Source: Balanoglossus misakiensis (Eukaryota > Animalia > Hemichordata). Taken from it: a DNA stretch of 64,000 nt. The notes beneath the pieces were generated by a model that saw nothing but the letters and a program-made list of their open reading frames with translations, ran no database searches and was not told the origin of the DNA. The number at the start of each line of letters is the position of its first letter. The stretch's first letter is position 1. This document shows positions 38,001-52,100 of the stretch, piece after piece. The stretch covers positions 5,146,001 to 5,210,000 of the forward strand of contig CM082590.2 of assembly GCA_040954595.2 (NCBI GenBank), written 5' to 3'. The translations under genes and the position numbers were made by a program.

Positions 38001-41000
38001 ATTCAGTCGTGTGCTAGCACTCCGGCGCATTGCTTGTTACCCTTAAAAGTGGGCAGGGCGCTGTACCACTTGCTCAGGTCTGATTAAATTTGGTCACATT
38101 CCTGGGTAGATTGAAAGATTCAGTCGTGTGCTAGCACTCCGGCGCATTGCTTGTTACCCTTAAAAGTGGGCAGGGCGCTGTACCACTCGCTCAGGTCTGA
38201 TTAAATGTGGTCAAATTCCTGGGTAGATTGAAAGATTCAGTCGTGTGCTAGCACTCCGGCGCATTGCTTGTTACCCTTAAAAGTGGTCAGCGCGCTGGAC
38301 CACCCGCTCAGGTCTGATTACATTTGGTCAGATTCCTGGGTAGATTGAAAGATTCAGTCGTGTGCTAGCACTCCGGCGCATTGCTTGTTACGCTTAAAAG
38401 TGGGCAGGGCGCTGGACCACCCGCTCAGGTCTGATTACATTTGGTCAAATTCCTGGGTAGATTGAAAGATTCAGTCGTGTGCTAGCACTCCGGCGCATTG
38501 CTTGTTACCCTTAAAAGTGGTCAGCGCGCTGGACCACCCGCTCAGGTCTGATTAAATTTGGTCAAATTCCTGGGTAGATTGAAAGATTCAGTCGTGTGCT
38601 AGCACTCCGGCGCATTGCTTGTTACCCTTAAAAGTGGGCAGGGCGCTGTACCACTCGCTCAGGTCTGATTAAATGTGGTCAAATTCCTGGGTAGATTGAA
38701 AGATTCAGTCGTGTGCTAGCACTCCGGCGCATTGCTTGTTACGCTTAAAAGTGGGCAGGGCGCTGGACCACCCGCTCAGGTCTGATTACATTTGGTCAGA
38801 TTCTTGGGTAGATTGAAAGATTCAGTCGTTTGTGGGCACTCCGGCGCATTGCTTGTTACGCTTAAAAGTGGGCAGGGCGCTGTACCACTCGCTCAGGTCT
38901 GATTAAATTTGGTCAAATTCCTGAGTAGATTGAAAGATTCAGTCGTGTGCTAGCACTTCGGCGCATTGCTTGTTACCCTTAAAAGTGGTCAGCGCGCTGG
39001 ACCACCCGCGCAGGTCTGATTACATTTGGTCAGATTCCTGGGTAGATTGAAAGATTCAGTGGTGTGCTAGCACTCCGGCGCATTGCTTGTTACCCTTAAA
39101 AGTGGGCAGGGCGCTGGACCACCCGCTCAGGTCTGATTACATTTGGTCAGATTCCTGGGTAGATTGAAAGATTCAGTCGTGTGCTAGCACTCCGGTGCAT
39201 TGCTTGTTACGCTTAAAAGTGGGCAGGGCGCTGTACCACTCGCTCAGGTCTGATTAAATTTGGTCAAATTCCTGGGTAGATTGAAAGATTCAGTTGTGTG
39301 CTAGCACTCCGGCGCATTGCTTGTTACGCTTAAAAGTGGGCAGGGCGCTGTACCACTCGCTCAGGTCTGATTAAATTTGGTCAAATTCCTGGGTAGATTG
39401 AAAGATTCAGTCGTGTGCTAGCACTCCGGCGCATTGCTTGTTACGCTTAAAAGTGGGCAGGGCGCTGTACCACTCGCTCAGGTCTGATTAAATTTGGTCA
39501 AATTCCTGGGTAGATTGAAAGATTCAGTCGTGTGCTAGCACTCCGGCGCATTGCTTGTTACCCTTAAAAGTGGGCAGGGCGCTGTACCACTCGCTCAGGT
39601 CTGATTAAATTTGGTCAAATTCCTGGGTAGATTGAAAGATTCAGTCGTGTGCTAGCACTCCGGCGCATTGCTTGTTACCCTTAAAAGTGGGCAGGGCGCT
39701 GTACCACTCGCTCAGGTCTGATTAAGTTTGGTCAAATTCCTGGGTAGATTGAAAGATTCAGTCGTGTGCTAGCACTCCGGCGCATTGCTTGTTACCCTTA
39801 AAAGTGGTCAGCGCGCTGGACAACCCGCTCAGGTCTGATTACATTTGGTCACATTCCTGGGTAGATTGAAAGATTCAGTCATGTGCTAGCACTCCGGCGC
39901 ATTGCTTGTTACGCTTAAAAGTGGGCAGGGCGCTGTACCACTCGCTCAGGTCTGATTAAATTTGGTCAAATTCCTGGGTAGATTGAAAGATTCAGTCGTG
40001 TGCTAGCACTCCGGCGCATTGCTTGTTACCCTTAAAAGTGGGCAGGGCGCTGTACCACTCGCTCAGGTCTGATTAAATTTGGTCACATTCCTGGGTAGAT
40101 TGAAAGATTCAGTCGTGTGCTAGCACTCCGGCGCATTGCTTGTTACCCTTAAAAGTGGGCAGGGCGCTGTACCACTCGCTCAGGTCTGATTAAATTTGGT
40201 CACATTCCTGGGTAGATTGAAAGATTCAGTCGTGTGCTATCACTCCGGCGCATTGCTTGTTACGCTTAAAAGTGGGCAGGGCGCTGTACCACTCGCTCAG
40301 GTCTGATTAAATTTGGTCACATTCCTGGGTAGATTGAAAGATTCAGTCGTGTGCTATCACTCCGGCGCATTGCTTGTTACGCTTAAAAGTGGGCAGGGCG
40401 CTGTACCACTCGCTCAGGTCTGATTAAATTTGGTCAGATTCCTGGGTAGATTGAAAGATTCAGTCGTGTGCTAGCACTCCGGCGCATTGCTTGTTACCCT
40501 TAAAAGTGGGCAGCGCGCTGTACCACTCGCTCAGGTCTGATTAAATTTGGTCACATTCCTGGGTAGATTGAAAGATTCAGTCGTGTGCTAGCACTCCGGC
40601 GCATTGCTTGTTACGCTTAAAAGTGGGCAGGGCGCTGTACCACTCGCTCAGGTCTGATTAAATTTGGTCACATTCCTGGGTAGATTGAAAGATTCAGTCG
40701 TGTGCTAGCACTCCGGCGCATTGCTAGTTACCCTTAAAAGTGGTCAGCGCGCTGGACCACCCGCTCAGGTCTGATTACATTTGGTCAGATTCCTGGGTAG
40801 ATTGAAAGATTCAGTCGTGTGCTAGCACTCCGGCGCATTGCTTGTTACCCTTAAAAGTGGGCAGGGCGCTGTACCACTCGCTCAGGTCTGATTAAATTTG
40901 GTCAGATTCCTGGGTAGATTGAAAGATTCAGTCGTGTGCTAGCACTCCGGCGCATTGCTTGTTACCCTTAAAAGTGGGCAGCGCGCTGTACCACTCGCTC

Positions 41001-44000
41001 AGGTCTGATTACATTTGGTCAGATTCCTGGGTACATTGAAAGATTCAGTCGTGTGCTAGCACTCCGGCGCATTGCTTGTTACCCTTAAAAGTGGGCAGGG
41101 CGCTGTACCACTCGCTCAGGTCTGATTAAATTTGGTCACATTCCTGGGTAGATTGAAAGATTCAGTCGTGTGCTAGCACTCCGGCGCATTGCTTGTTACC
41201 CTTAAAAGTGGGCAGCGCGCTGTACCACTCGCTCAGGTCTGATTAAATTTGGTCACATTCCTGGGTAGATTGAAAGATTCAGTCGTGTGCTAGCACTCCG
41301 GCGCATTGCTTGTTACGCTTAAAAGTGGGCAGGGCGCTGTACCACTCGCTCAGGTCTGATTAAATGTGGTCAAATTCCTGGGTAGATTGAAAGATTCAGT
41401 CGTGTGCTAGCACTCCGGTGCATTGCTTGTTACGCTTAAAAGTGGGCAGGGCGCTGTACCACTCGCTCAGGTCTGATTAAATTTGGTCAAATTCCTGGGT
41501 AGATTGAAAGATTCAGTTGTGTGCTAGCACTCCGGCGCATTGCTTGTTACGCTTAAAAGTGGGCAGGGCGCTGTACCACTCGCTCAGGTCTGATTAAATT
41601 TGGTCAAATTCCTGGGTAGATTGAAAGATTCAGTCGTGTGCTAGCACTCCGGCGCATTGCTTGTTACGCTTAAAAGTGGGCAGGGCGCTGTACCACTCGC
41701 TCAGGTCTGATTAAATTTGGTCAAATTCCTGGGTAGATTGAAAGATTCAGTCGTGTGCTAGCACTCCGGCGCATTGCTTGTTACCCTTAAAAGTGGGCAG
41801 CGCGCTGTACCACTCGCTCAGGTCTGATTGAATTTGGTCACATTCCTGGGTAGATTGAAAGATTCAGTCGTGTGCTAGCACTCCGGCGCATTGCTTGTTA
41901 CCCTTAAAAGTGGGCAGGGCGCTGTACCACTCGCTCAGGTCTGATTAAGTTTGGTCAAATTCCTGGGTAGATTGAAAGATTCAGTCGTGTGCTAGCACTC
42001 CGGCGCATTGCTTGTTACCCTTAAAAGTGGTCAGCGCGCTGGACAACCCGCTCAGGTCTGATTACATTTGGTCACATTCCTGGGTAGATTGAAAGATTCA
42101 GTCATGTGCTAGCACTCCGGCGCATTGCTTGTTACGCTTAAAAGTGGGCAGGGCGCTGTACCACTCGCTCAGGTCTGATTAAATTTGGTCAAATTCCTGG
42201 GTAGATTGAAAGATTCAGTCGTGTGCTAGCACTCCGGCGCATTGCTTGTTACCCTTAAAAGTGGTCAGCGCGCTGTACCACTAGCTCAGGTCTGATTAAA
42301 TTTGGTCACATTCCTGGGTAGATTGAAAGATTCAGTCGTGTGCTAGCACTCCGGCGCATTGCTTGTTACCCTTAAAAGTGGGCAGCGCGCTGTACCACTC
42401 GCTCAGGTCTGATTAAATTTGGTCAAATTCCTGGGTAGATTGAAAGATTCAGTCATGTGCTAGCACTCCGGCGCATTGCTTGTTACGCTTAAAAGTGGGC
42501 AGGGCGCTGGACAACCCGCTCAGGTCTGATTACATTTGGTCACATTCCTGGGTAGATTGAAAGATTCAGTCATGTGCTAGCACTCCGGCGCATTGCTTGT
42601 TACGCTTAAAAGTGGGCAGGGCGCTGGACAACCCGCTCAGGTCTGATTACATTTGGTCACATTCCTGGGTAGATTGAAAGATTCAGTCATGTGCTAGCAC
42701 TCCGGCGCATTGCTTGTTACGCTTAAAAGTGGGCAGGGCGCTGTACCACTCGCTCAGGTCTGATTAAGTTTGGTCAAATTCCTGGGTAGATTGAAAGATT
42801 CAGTCGTGTGCTAGCACTCCGGCGCATTGCTTGTTACCCTTAAAAGTGGGCAGGGCGCTGTACCACTCGCTCAGGTCTGATTAAGTTTGGTCAAATTCCT
42901 GGGTAGATTGAAAGATTCAGTCGTGTGCTAGCACTCCGGCGCATTGCTTGTTACCCTTAAAAGTGGTCAGCGCGCTGGACAACCCGCTCAGGTCTGATTA
43001 CATTTGGTCACATTCCTGGGTAGATTGAAAGATTCAGTCATGTGCTAGCACTCCGGCGCATTGCTTGTTACGCTTAAAAGTGGGCAGGGCGCTGTACCAC
43101 TTGCTCAGGTCTGATTAAATTTGGTCAAATTCCTGGGTAGATTGAAAGATTCAGTCGTGTGCTAGCACTCCGGCGCATTGCTTGTTACCCTTAAAAGTGG
43201 TCAGCGCGCTGTACCACTAGCTCAGGTCTGATTAAATTTGGTCACATTCCTGGGTAGATTGAAAGATTCAGTCGTGTGCTAGCACTCCGGCGCATTGCTT
43301 GTTACCCTTAAAAGTGGGCAGCGCGCTGTACCACTCGCTCAGGTCTGATTAAATTTGGTCAAATTCCTGGGTAGATTGAAAGATTCAGTCATGTGCTAGC
43401 ACTCCGGCGCATTGCTTGTTACGCTTAAAAGTGGTCAGCGCGCTGGACAACCCGCTCAGGTCTGATTACATTTGGTCACATTCCTGGGTAGATTGAAAGA
43501 TTCAGTCATGTGCTAGCACTCCGGCGCATTGCTTGTTACGCTTAAAATTGGGCAGGGCGCTGTACCACTCGCTCAGGTCTGATTAAATTTGGTCACATTC
43601 CTGGGTAGATTGAAAGATTCAGTCGTGTGCTAGCACTCCGGCGCATTGCTTGTTACCCTTAAAAGTGGGCAGGGCGCTGTACCACTCGCTCAGGTCTGAT
43701 TAAATTTGGTCACATTCCTGGGTAGATTGAAAGATTCAGTCGTGTGCTATCACTCCGGCGCATTGCTTGTTACGCTTAAAAGTGGGCAGGGCGCTGTACC
43801 ACTCGCTCAGGTCTGATTAAATTTGGTCACATTCCTGGGTAGATTGAAAGATTCAGTCGTGTGCTAGCACTCCGGCGCATTGCTTGTTACCCTTAAAAGT
43901 GGGCAGGGCGCTGTACCACTCGCTCAGGTCTGATTAAATTTGGTCACATTCCTGGGTAGATTGAAAGATTCAGTCGTGTGCTATCACTCCGGCGCATTGC

Positions 44001-47000
44001 TTGTTACGCTTAAAAGTGGGCAGGGCGCTGTACCACTCGCTCAGGTCTGATTAAATTTGGTCAGATTCCTGGGTAGATTGAAAGATTCAGTCGTGTGCTA
44101 GCACTCCGGCGCATTGCTTGTTACCCTTAAAAGTGGGCAGCGCGCTGTACCACTCGCTCAGGTCTGATTAAATTTGGTCACATTCCTGGGTAGATTGAAA
44201 GATTCAGTCGTGTGCTAGCACTCCGGCGCATTGCTTGTTACGCTTAAAAGTGGGCAGGGCGCTGTACCACTCGCTCAGGTCTGATTAAATTTGGTCACAT
44301 TCCTGGGTAGATTGAAAGATTCAGTCGTGTGCTAGCACTCCGGCGCATTGCTAGTTACCCTTAAAAGTGGTCAGCGCGCTGGACCACCCGCTCAGGTCTG
44401 ATTACATTTGGTCAGATTCCTGGGTAGATTGAAAGATTCAGTCGTGTGCTAGCACTCCGGCGCATTGCTTGTTACCCTTAAAAGTGGGCAGGGCGCTGTA
44501 CCACTCGCTCAGGTCTGATTAAATTTGGTCAGATTCCTGGGTAGATTGAAAGATTCAGTCGTGTGCTAGCACTCCGGCGCATTGCTTGTTACCCTTAAAA
44601 GTGGGCAGCGCGCTGTACCACTCGCTCAGGTCTGATTACATTTGGTCAGATTCCTGGGTACATTGAAAGATTCAGTCGTGTGCTAGCACTCCGGCGCATT
44701 GCTTGTTACCCTTAAAAGTGGGCAGGGCGCTGTACCACTCGCTCAGGTCTGATTAAATTTGGTCACATTCCTGGGTAGATTGAAAGATTCAGTCATGTGC
44801 TAGCACTCCGGCGCATTGCTTGTTACGCTTAAAAGTGGGCAGGGCGCTGTACCACTCGCTCAGGTCTGATTAAATTTGGTCAAATTCCTGGGTAGATTGA
44901 AAGATTCAGTCGTTTGTGGGCACTCCGGCGCATTGCTTGTTACGCTTAAAAGTGGGCAGGGCGCTGTACCACTCGCTCAGGTCTGATTAAATTTGGTCAA
45001 ATTCCTGAGTAGATTGAAAGATTCAGTCGTGTGCTAGCACTTCGGCGCATTGCTTGTTACCCTTAAAAGTGGTCAGCGCGCTGGACCACCCGCGCAGGTC
45101 TGATTACATTTGGTCAGATTCCTGGGTAGATTGAAAGATTCAGTCGTGTGCTAGCACTCCGGCGCATTGCTTGTTACCCTTAAAAGTGGGCAGCGCGCTG
45201 TACCACTCGCTCAGGTCTGATTAAATTTGGTCACATTCCTGGGTAGATTGAAAGATTCAGTCGTGTGCTAGCACTCCGGCGCATTGCTTGTTACGCTTAA
45301 AAGTGGGCAGGGCGCTGTACCACTCGCTCAGGTCTGATTAAATGTGGTCAAATTCCTGGGTAGATTGAAAGATTCAGTCGTGTGCTAGCACTCCGGCGCA
45401 TTGCTTGTTACCCTTAAAAGTGGTCAACGCGCTGGACCACCCGCTCAGGTCTGATTAAATTTGGTCACATTCCTGGGTAGATTGAAAGATTCAGTCGTGT
45501 GCTAGCACTCCGGCGCATTGCTTGTTACCCTTAAAAGTGGTCAACGCGCTGGACCACCCGCTCAGGTCTGATTAAATTTGGTCACATTCCTGGGTAGATT
45601 GAAAGATTCAGTCGTGTGCTAGCACTCCGGCGCATTGCTTGTTACCCTTAAAAGTGGTCAACGCGCTGGACCACCCGCTCAGGTCTGATTAAATGTGGTC
45701 AAATTCCTGTGTAGATTGAAAGATTCAGTCGTGTGCTAGCACTCCGGCGCATTGCTTGTTACCCTTAAAAGTGGTCAACGCGCTGGACCACCCGCTCAGG
45801 TCTGATTAAATTTGGTCACATTCCTGGGTAGATTGAAAGATTCAGTCGTGTGCTAGCACTCCGGCGCATTGCTTGTTACCCTTAAAAGTGGTCAACGCGC
45901 TGGACTACACGCTCAGGTCTGATTAAATTTGGTCACATTCCTGGGTAGATTGAAAGATTCAGTCGTGTGCTAGCACTCCGGCGCATTGCTTGTTACGCTT
46001 AAAAGTGGGCAGGGCGCTGTACCACTCGCTCAGGTCTGATTAAATGTGGTCAAATTCCTGGGTAGATTGAAAGATTCAGTCGTGTGCTAGCACTCCGGCG
46101 CATTGCTTGTTACCCTTAAAAGTGGTCAGCGCGCTGGACCACCCGCTCAGGTCTGATTACATTTGGTCAGATTCCTGGGTAGATTGAAAGATTCAGTCGT
46201 GTGCTAGCACTCCGGCGCATTGCTTGTTACGCTTAAAAGTGGGCAGGGCGCTGTACCACTCGCTCAGGTCTGATTAAATGTGGTCAAATTCCTGGGTAGA
46301 TTGAAAGATTCAGTCGTGTGCTAGCACTCCGGCGCATTGCTTGTTACCCTTAAAAGTGGTCAGCGCGCTGGACCACCCGCTCAGGTCTGATTACATTTGG
46401 TCAGATTCCTGGGTAGATTGAAAGATTCAGTCGTGTGCTAGCACTCCGGCGCATTGCTTGTTATCCTTAAAAGTGGGCAGCGCGCTGTACCACTAGCTCA
46501 GGTCTGATTAAATTTGGTCACATTCCTGGGTAGATTGAAAGATTCAGTCGTGTGCTAGCACTCCGGCGCATTGCTTGTTACGCTTAAAAGTGGGCAGGGC
46601 GCTGTACCACTCGCTCAGGTCTGATTAAATTTGGTCACATTCCTGGGTAGATTGAAAGATTCAGTCGTGTGCTAGCACTCCGGCGCATTGCTTGTTACCC
46701 TTAAAAGTGGGCAGCGCGCTGTACCACTCGCTCAGGTCTGATTAAATTTGGTCACATTCCTGGGTAGATTGAAAGATTCAGTCGTGTGCTAGCACTCCGG
46801 CGCATTGCTAGTTACCCTTAAAAGTGGTCAGCGCGCTGGACCACCCGCTCAGGTCTGATTACATTTGGTCAGATTCCTGGGTAGATTGAAAGATTCAGTC
46901 GTGTGCTAGCACTCCGGCGCATTGCTTGTTACGCTTAAAAGTGGGCAGGGCGCTGTGCCACTCGCTCAGGTCTGATTAAATGTGGTCAAATTCCTGGGTA

Positions 47001-49105
47001 GATTGAAAGATTCAGTCGTGTGCTAGCACTCCGGCGCATTGCTTGTTACCCTTAAAAGTGGTCAGCGCGCTGGACCACCCGCTCAGGTCTGATTACATTT
47101 GGTCAGATTCCTGGGTAGATTGAAAGATTCAGTCGTGTGCTAGCACTCCGGCGCATTGCTTGTTATCCTTAAAAGTGGGCAGCGCGCTGTACCACTAGCT
47201 CAGGTCTGATTAAATTTGGTCACATTCCTGGGTAGATTGAAAGATTCAGTCGTGTGCTAGCACTCCGGCGCATTGCTTGTTACGCTTAAAAGTGGGCAGC
47301 GCGCTGTACCACTAGCTCAGGTCTGATTAAATTTGGTCACATTCCTGGGTAGATTGAAAGATTCAGTCGTGTGCTATCACTCCGGCGCATTGCTTGTTAC
47401 CCTTAAAAGTGGGCAGCGCGCTGTACCACTAGCTCAGGTCTGATTAAATTTGGTCACATTCCTGGGTAGATTGAAAGATTCAGTCGTGTGCTATCACTCC
47501 GGCGCATTGCTTGTTACGCTTAAAAGTGGGCAGCGCGCTGTACCACTAGCTCAGGTCTGATTAAATTTGGTCACATTCCTGGGTAGATTGAAAGATTCAG
47601 TCGTGTGCTAGCACTCCGGCGCATTGCTTGTTACGCTTAAAAGTGGGCAGCGCGCTGTACCACTAGCTCAGGTCTGATTAAATTTGGTCACATTCCTGGG
47701 TAGATTGAAAGATTCAGTCGTGTGCTAGCACTCCGGCGCATTGCTTGTTATCCTTAAAAGTGGGCAGCGCGCTGTACCACTAGCTCAGGTCTGATTAAAT
47801 TTGGTCACATTCCTGGGTAGATTGAAAGATTCAGTCGTGTGCTATCACTCCGGCGCATTGCTTGTTACCCTTAAAAGTGGGCAGGGCGCTGTACCACTCG
47901 CTCAGGTCTGATTAAATTTGGTCACATTCCTGGGTAGATTGAAAGATTCAGTCGTGTGCTAGCACTCCGGCGCATTGCTTGTTACCCTTAAAAGTGGGCA
48001 GCGCGCTGTACCACTCGCTCAGGTCTGATTAAATTTGGTCACATTCCTGGGTAGATTGAAAGATTCAGTCGTGTGCTAGCACTCCGGCGCATTGCTTGTT
48101 ACCCTTAAAAGTGGTCAACGCGCTGGACCACCCGCTCAGGTCTGATTAAATTTGGTCACATTCCTGGGTAGATTGAAAGATTCAGTCGTGTGCTAGCACT
48201 CCGGCGCATTGCTTGTTACGCTTAAAAGTGGGCAGGGCGCTGTGCCACTCGCTCAGGTCTGATTAAATGTGGTCAAATTCCTGGGTAGATTGAAAGATTC
48301 AGTCGTGTGCTAGCACTCCGGCGCATTGCTTGTTACCCTTAAAAGTGGTCAGCGCGCTGGACCACCCGCTCAGGTCTGATTAAATTTGGTCAGATTCCTG
48401 GGTAGATTGAAAGATTCAGTCGTGTGCTAGCACTCCGGCGCATTGCTTGTTACCCTTAAAAGTGGGCAGGGCGCTGTACCACTCGCTCAGGATTGATTAA
48501 ATTTGGTCAGATTCCTGGGTAGATTGAAAGATTCAGTCGTGTGCTAGCACTCCGGCGCATTGCTTGTTACGCTTAAAAGTGGGCAGGGCGCTGTACCACT
48601 CGCTCAGGTCTGATTACATTTGGTCAGATTCCTGGGTAGATTGAAAGATTCAGTCGTGTGCTAGCACTCCGGCGCATTGCTTGTTACCCTTAAAAGTGGT
48701 CAGCGCGCTGGACCACCCGCTCAGGTCTGATTACATTTGGTCAGATTCCTGGGTAGATTGAAAGATTCAGTCGTGTGCTAGCACTCCGGCGCATTGCTTG
48801 TTACGCTTAAAAGTGGGCAGGGCGCTGTACCACTCGCTCAGGTCTGATTAAATTTGGTCAGATTCCTGGGTAGATTGAAAGATTCAGTCGTGTGCTAGCA
48901 CTCCGGCGCATTGCTTGTTACCCTTAAAAGTGGTCAGCGCGCTGGACCACCCGCTCAGGTCTGATTACATTTGGTCACATTCCTGGGTAGATTGAAAGAT
49001 TCAGTCGTGTGCTAGCACTCCGGCGCATTGCTTGTTACCCTTAAAAGTGGGCAGGGCGCTGTACCACTCGCTCAGGTCTGATTTAATTTGGTCAAATTCC
49101 CGGGT
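26031..49105. repeat. Satellite DNA: 197 tandem 117-bp monomers plus a terminal 26-bp repeat
   Basis: Consensus GATTAAATTTGGTCAVATTCCTGGGT-AGATTGAAAGATTCAGTCGTGTGCTAGCACTCCGGCGCATTGCTTGTTACSCTTAAAAGTGGKCAGSGCGCTGKACCACYCGCTCAGGTCT. The span 49080-26031 = 23049 = 197 x 117. The consensus has stops in all six frames. Confidence 0.98.
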
Positions 49106-52100
49106 CATCCTGAGGACAGTGATTGATCAACTTTGTACATCCATTCATACCTGACCTGGTGATTATTTCAACGACTAGTAAAAATTAGCATGGGCGTTAT
49201 ATTAACTTGCCATATTTTCTGAAAGTGAGGTTAAATTTTATCATAAACAAAGTGCAAAAATCAATATGTCACCTAAATTTGTACATTTTCTTCCACAAAA
49301 TCCCAGTAATTCGCATCATAGAGAAAAATCATTTGTCTTGCCAGATCACTCTTTTAATGATATAGTGAAGTAAAGGTTCAACACTTCGTTTACATATTTT
49401 GTATTACCAAAATGTCATGTGATCGTGGAAGAGAAATGTACGGAACACGTGTGGGCGATGTCAAAATCAGGGATACCTCCACAGTACACCCCCACAATAA
49501 AATGGTCGCGTCTGACTTGGTACGATCACAGTTGTAAACGCACATGCAAGTTGCTTAAACGGCCGTGGGCTGCCATGGCAACCATCATGCGGCATTCGCC
49601 TAAATACGACTGTGCGATTCGCGTACATTATTGCCGTAAATTTTGTTTCATCACATTTTCAAAGCTTTGGATGTCTGAAGCATATAACGATAGTCTGATT
49701 ATCTGTGACTATTTCATGGGTTCTCTTGTACAGCATCAGATAATAAAAATAGTGCGACTTATTTATTTGACATACCTGGCCAATATGTCGGCCATATTTA
49801 GAGAGGCATTGTCAAAATGATTGCTCAGTAGCACAGGTATGTTTTTCAACAGCTATTTTTTCTCAAGCTATGACTTATTCATACAGTTTAGTGACTAAAG
49901 GTTTGTTTGGTGTGATTGATAAACTCCATCTACAGTAGTATTAGCTTTGATTCTATCGCATCTGCTGAGATATATCATGATAAGGTATATTCGACGAGTG
50001 TGGCCGGTTTATCTATTCTTTATTTGCATGAATCATTTGATGGAGATAAAATAGAAAAACTAGATTCTGCACTGATTCAAACTGGTCAGATCAATTTATA
50101 AGGTTGAGAAACAAGATACCGTTTTTTTTTCCTTGGTTGACTAAATTTGGAATTTCGTTTATCAAAGATATTTTTATGGGGAAAATAACGAATCAACTGT
50201 GTTTTACTTGTTAAACTTTTATCACAAAAAGCACAAATGTTATGAAAATTTTGTTTATGCCGGGCCACTATTATAATATATCTATGGTTATACATTGTTT
50301 TAACTAAGTTTGTGGAAACCATGGTTATTACCAAACTTGAATTTATCTAGCGACTGAATGTCGATCCTGTATTTACCCCTATAACTAGTTTAGTGATGAT
50401 AAATACTTTGCAAATTACTCTTTGAACAGTCTCTTGTTTCAAATATTGTAATATGAATTTATTTTGTTGTTTTATAATTGTTATTTTGTGGGTGACATCA
50501 TCTGTATTAGCGGCCATTATGAAAAAAAAGAAAAAATGGTTGCCATGGAAACTCGTCAACAGATATTTAGTGGCTCGCTATCGTAATTTGTTTAGTATAC
50601 ATTAACGCACATCTGAGCCAAGTTTGTTGCTTTTATCACAAAATGCACAATCGATATGTTATGCCGCTCCACTATGAGAGATATCATGAACAGGTACATT
50701 TCATGACCTCATTAATTAAGCTTATACGTCAAACTGTTTATCACTCAGACGAAGAACGATCATTATATTCAAAATGGGTATGGTACGTGTCACTGTATAT
50801 TGGAGACAAGAATCCACTCCAAAAGGAGGAAGAATCACCCAGTACATACAGGTGCACGAACTGTTTTCTTTGGAATAGTTCTGGGCTTATCGGGGCCATT
50901 TTGATTTCAAATCTTGCAATCAGCAACACAATCATCTCTCTTGAAATGGTAGCTGGGGAGTTTATACTTACACGAATCATTGGAATGTGAGGCAAGAGTA
51001 TATTTTACATGTAAACATATTTTATGAGCTGAATTTAAGTTTCAAATATGTCACCAAAACCAGGAGCAAATCACGATCACTGCTCGTGCACGTAATGTCT
51101 GGTGTCTAAATCTGATCAAGAAACACTGTGTAGCAGAGGGAATAAGTTGAATGGTTTCATCACATAATGTGATTCATATTCAGATAAGTGTAATCATTTG
51201 GCGAAATAGTGGCTTTAAAGAATAAAGGTATCGATAACTTTACACTTGGTCACGTTTCAGAGTTATTTTTTGCGCGATAATGTGATCAGTTACTGATCAG
51301 CTGTGTACATCTATTCATCCAGCCATCAATTCATACCTGACCTGGTGCTTATTTCGATGACTAGTTTATACTGGTATCGGCGTTATAGTATTTTTCTGTT
51401 TAGTTTAGCACCGTTCATGCTAATCTCGCATTAATCTTTGATAGTAAATTCTTTCCAATCTTACCATATAGAAGGGAAGTTTGGGGTTTCTATGTAAGGC
51501 TGACCAGATTGAAATAGTGCATAACAAATTTTGTTGTTTTATTTTTAGATTGTATGGCAATGCGACCACTACCACTGTTAAGGGTGAGTTCGGGCGTTTT
51601 ACAATACGTATATGCTTAGACTTGGAAGGATGATCAAATATTGGCTGCGCTTACTTTCAATGCCACAGAAACGTAGTGTGCACATGTTATATTTTTCAAT
51701 ACAAAGAAGCAGAAACTTTTCAACCATGTTGGGATATGATGTTATTATGTTGTTGTTCTCCTTTGGTATGGGCGAAACATAGCTTAACTTAGGTGTGGTT
51801 AGTGATGTCAATTTGATCAATTTATTATTTGTGTCAACAACGGGAACCTAGAGACGGAAAATACAGTGAGGATCTTCTTCGTTAATGATTAGAACTCAGA
51901 GGACTGCAGGCCAGGAGACCCAACAATGATGTTAGGATGTTGTTATTCTCCCTTGGTATGGGCGAAACATGGCTTAACCTAGGTGCGGGTAGTGATGTCA
52001 ATTTGATCAATTTATTATTTATGTCAACAGCGGGAACCTAGAGACGGAAAATACAGTGAGGATCTTCATCGTTAATGATTAAAACTCAGTGCACTGCAGT

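Noticed and set aside
26031-49105. CRISPR-like repeat-spacer array (26-bp repeat plus 91-bp spacer)
   Set aside because: The spacers are near-identical copies rather than unique sequences, there are no cas genes, and the context is eukaryotic.
26031-49105. 5S rRNA or tRNA array, or a coding repeat (117 = 39 codons)
   Set aside because: No 5S or tRNA sequence or A/B/C boxes are recognisable, and the consensus has stop codons in all six frames.
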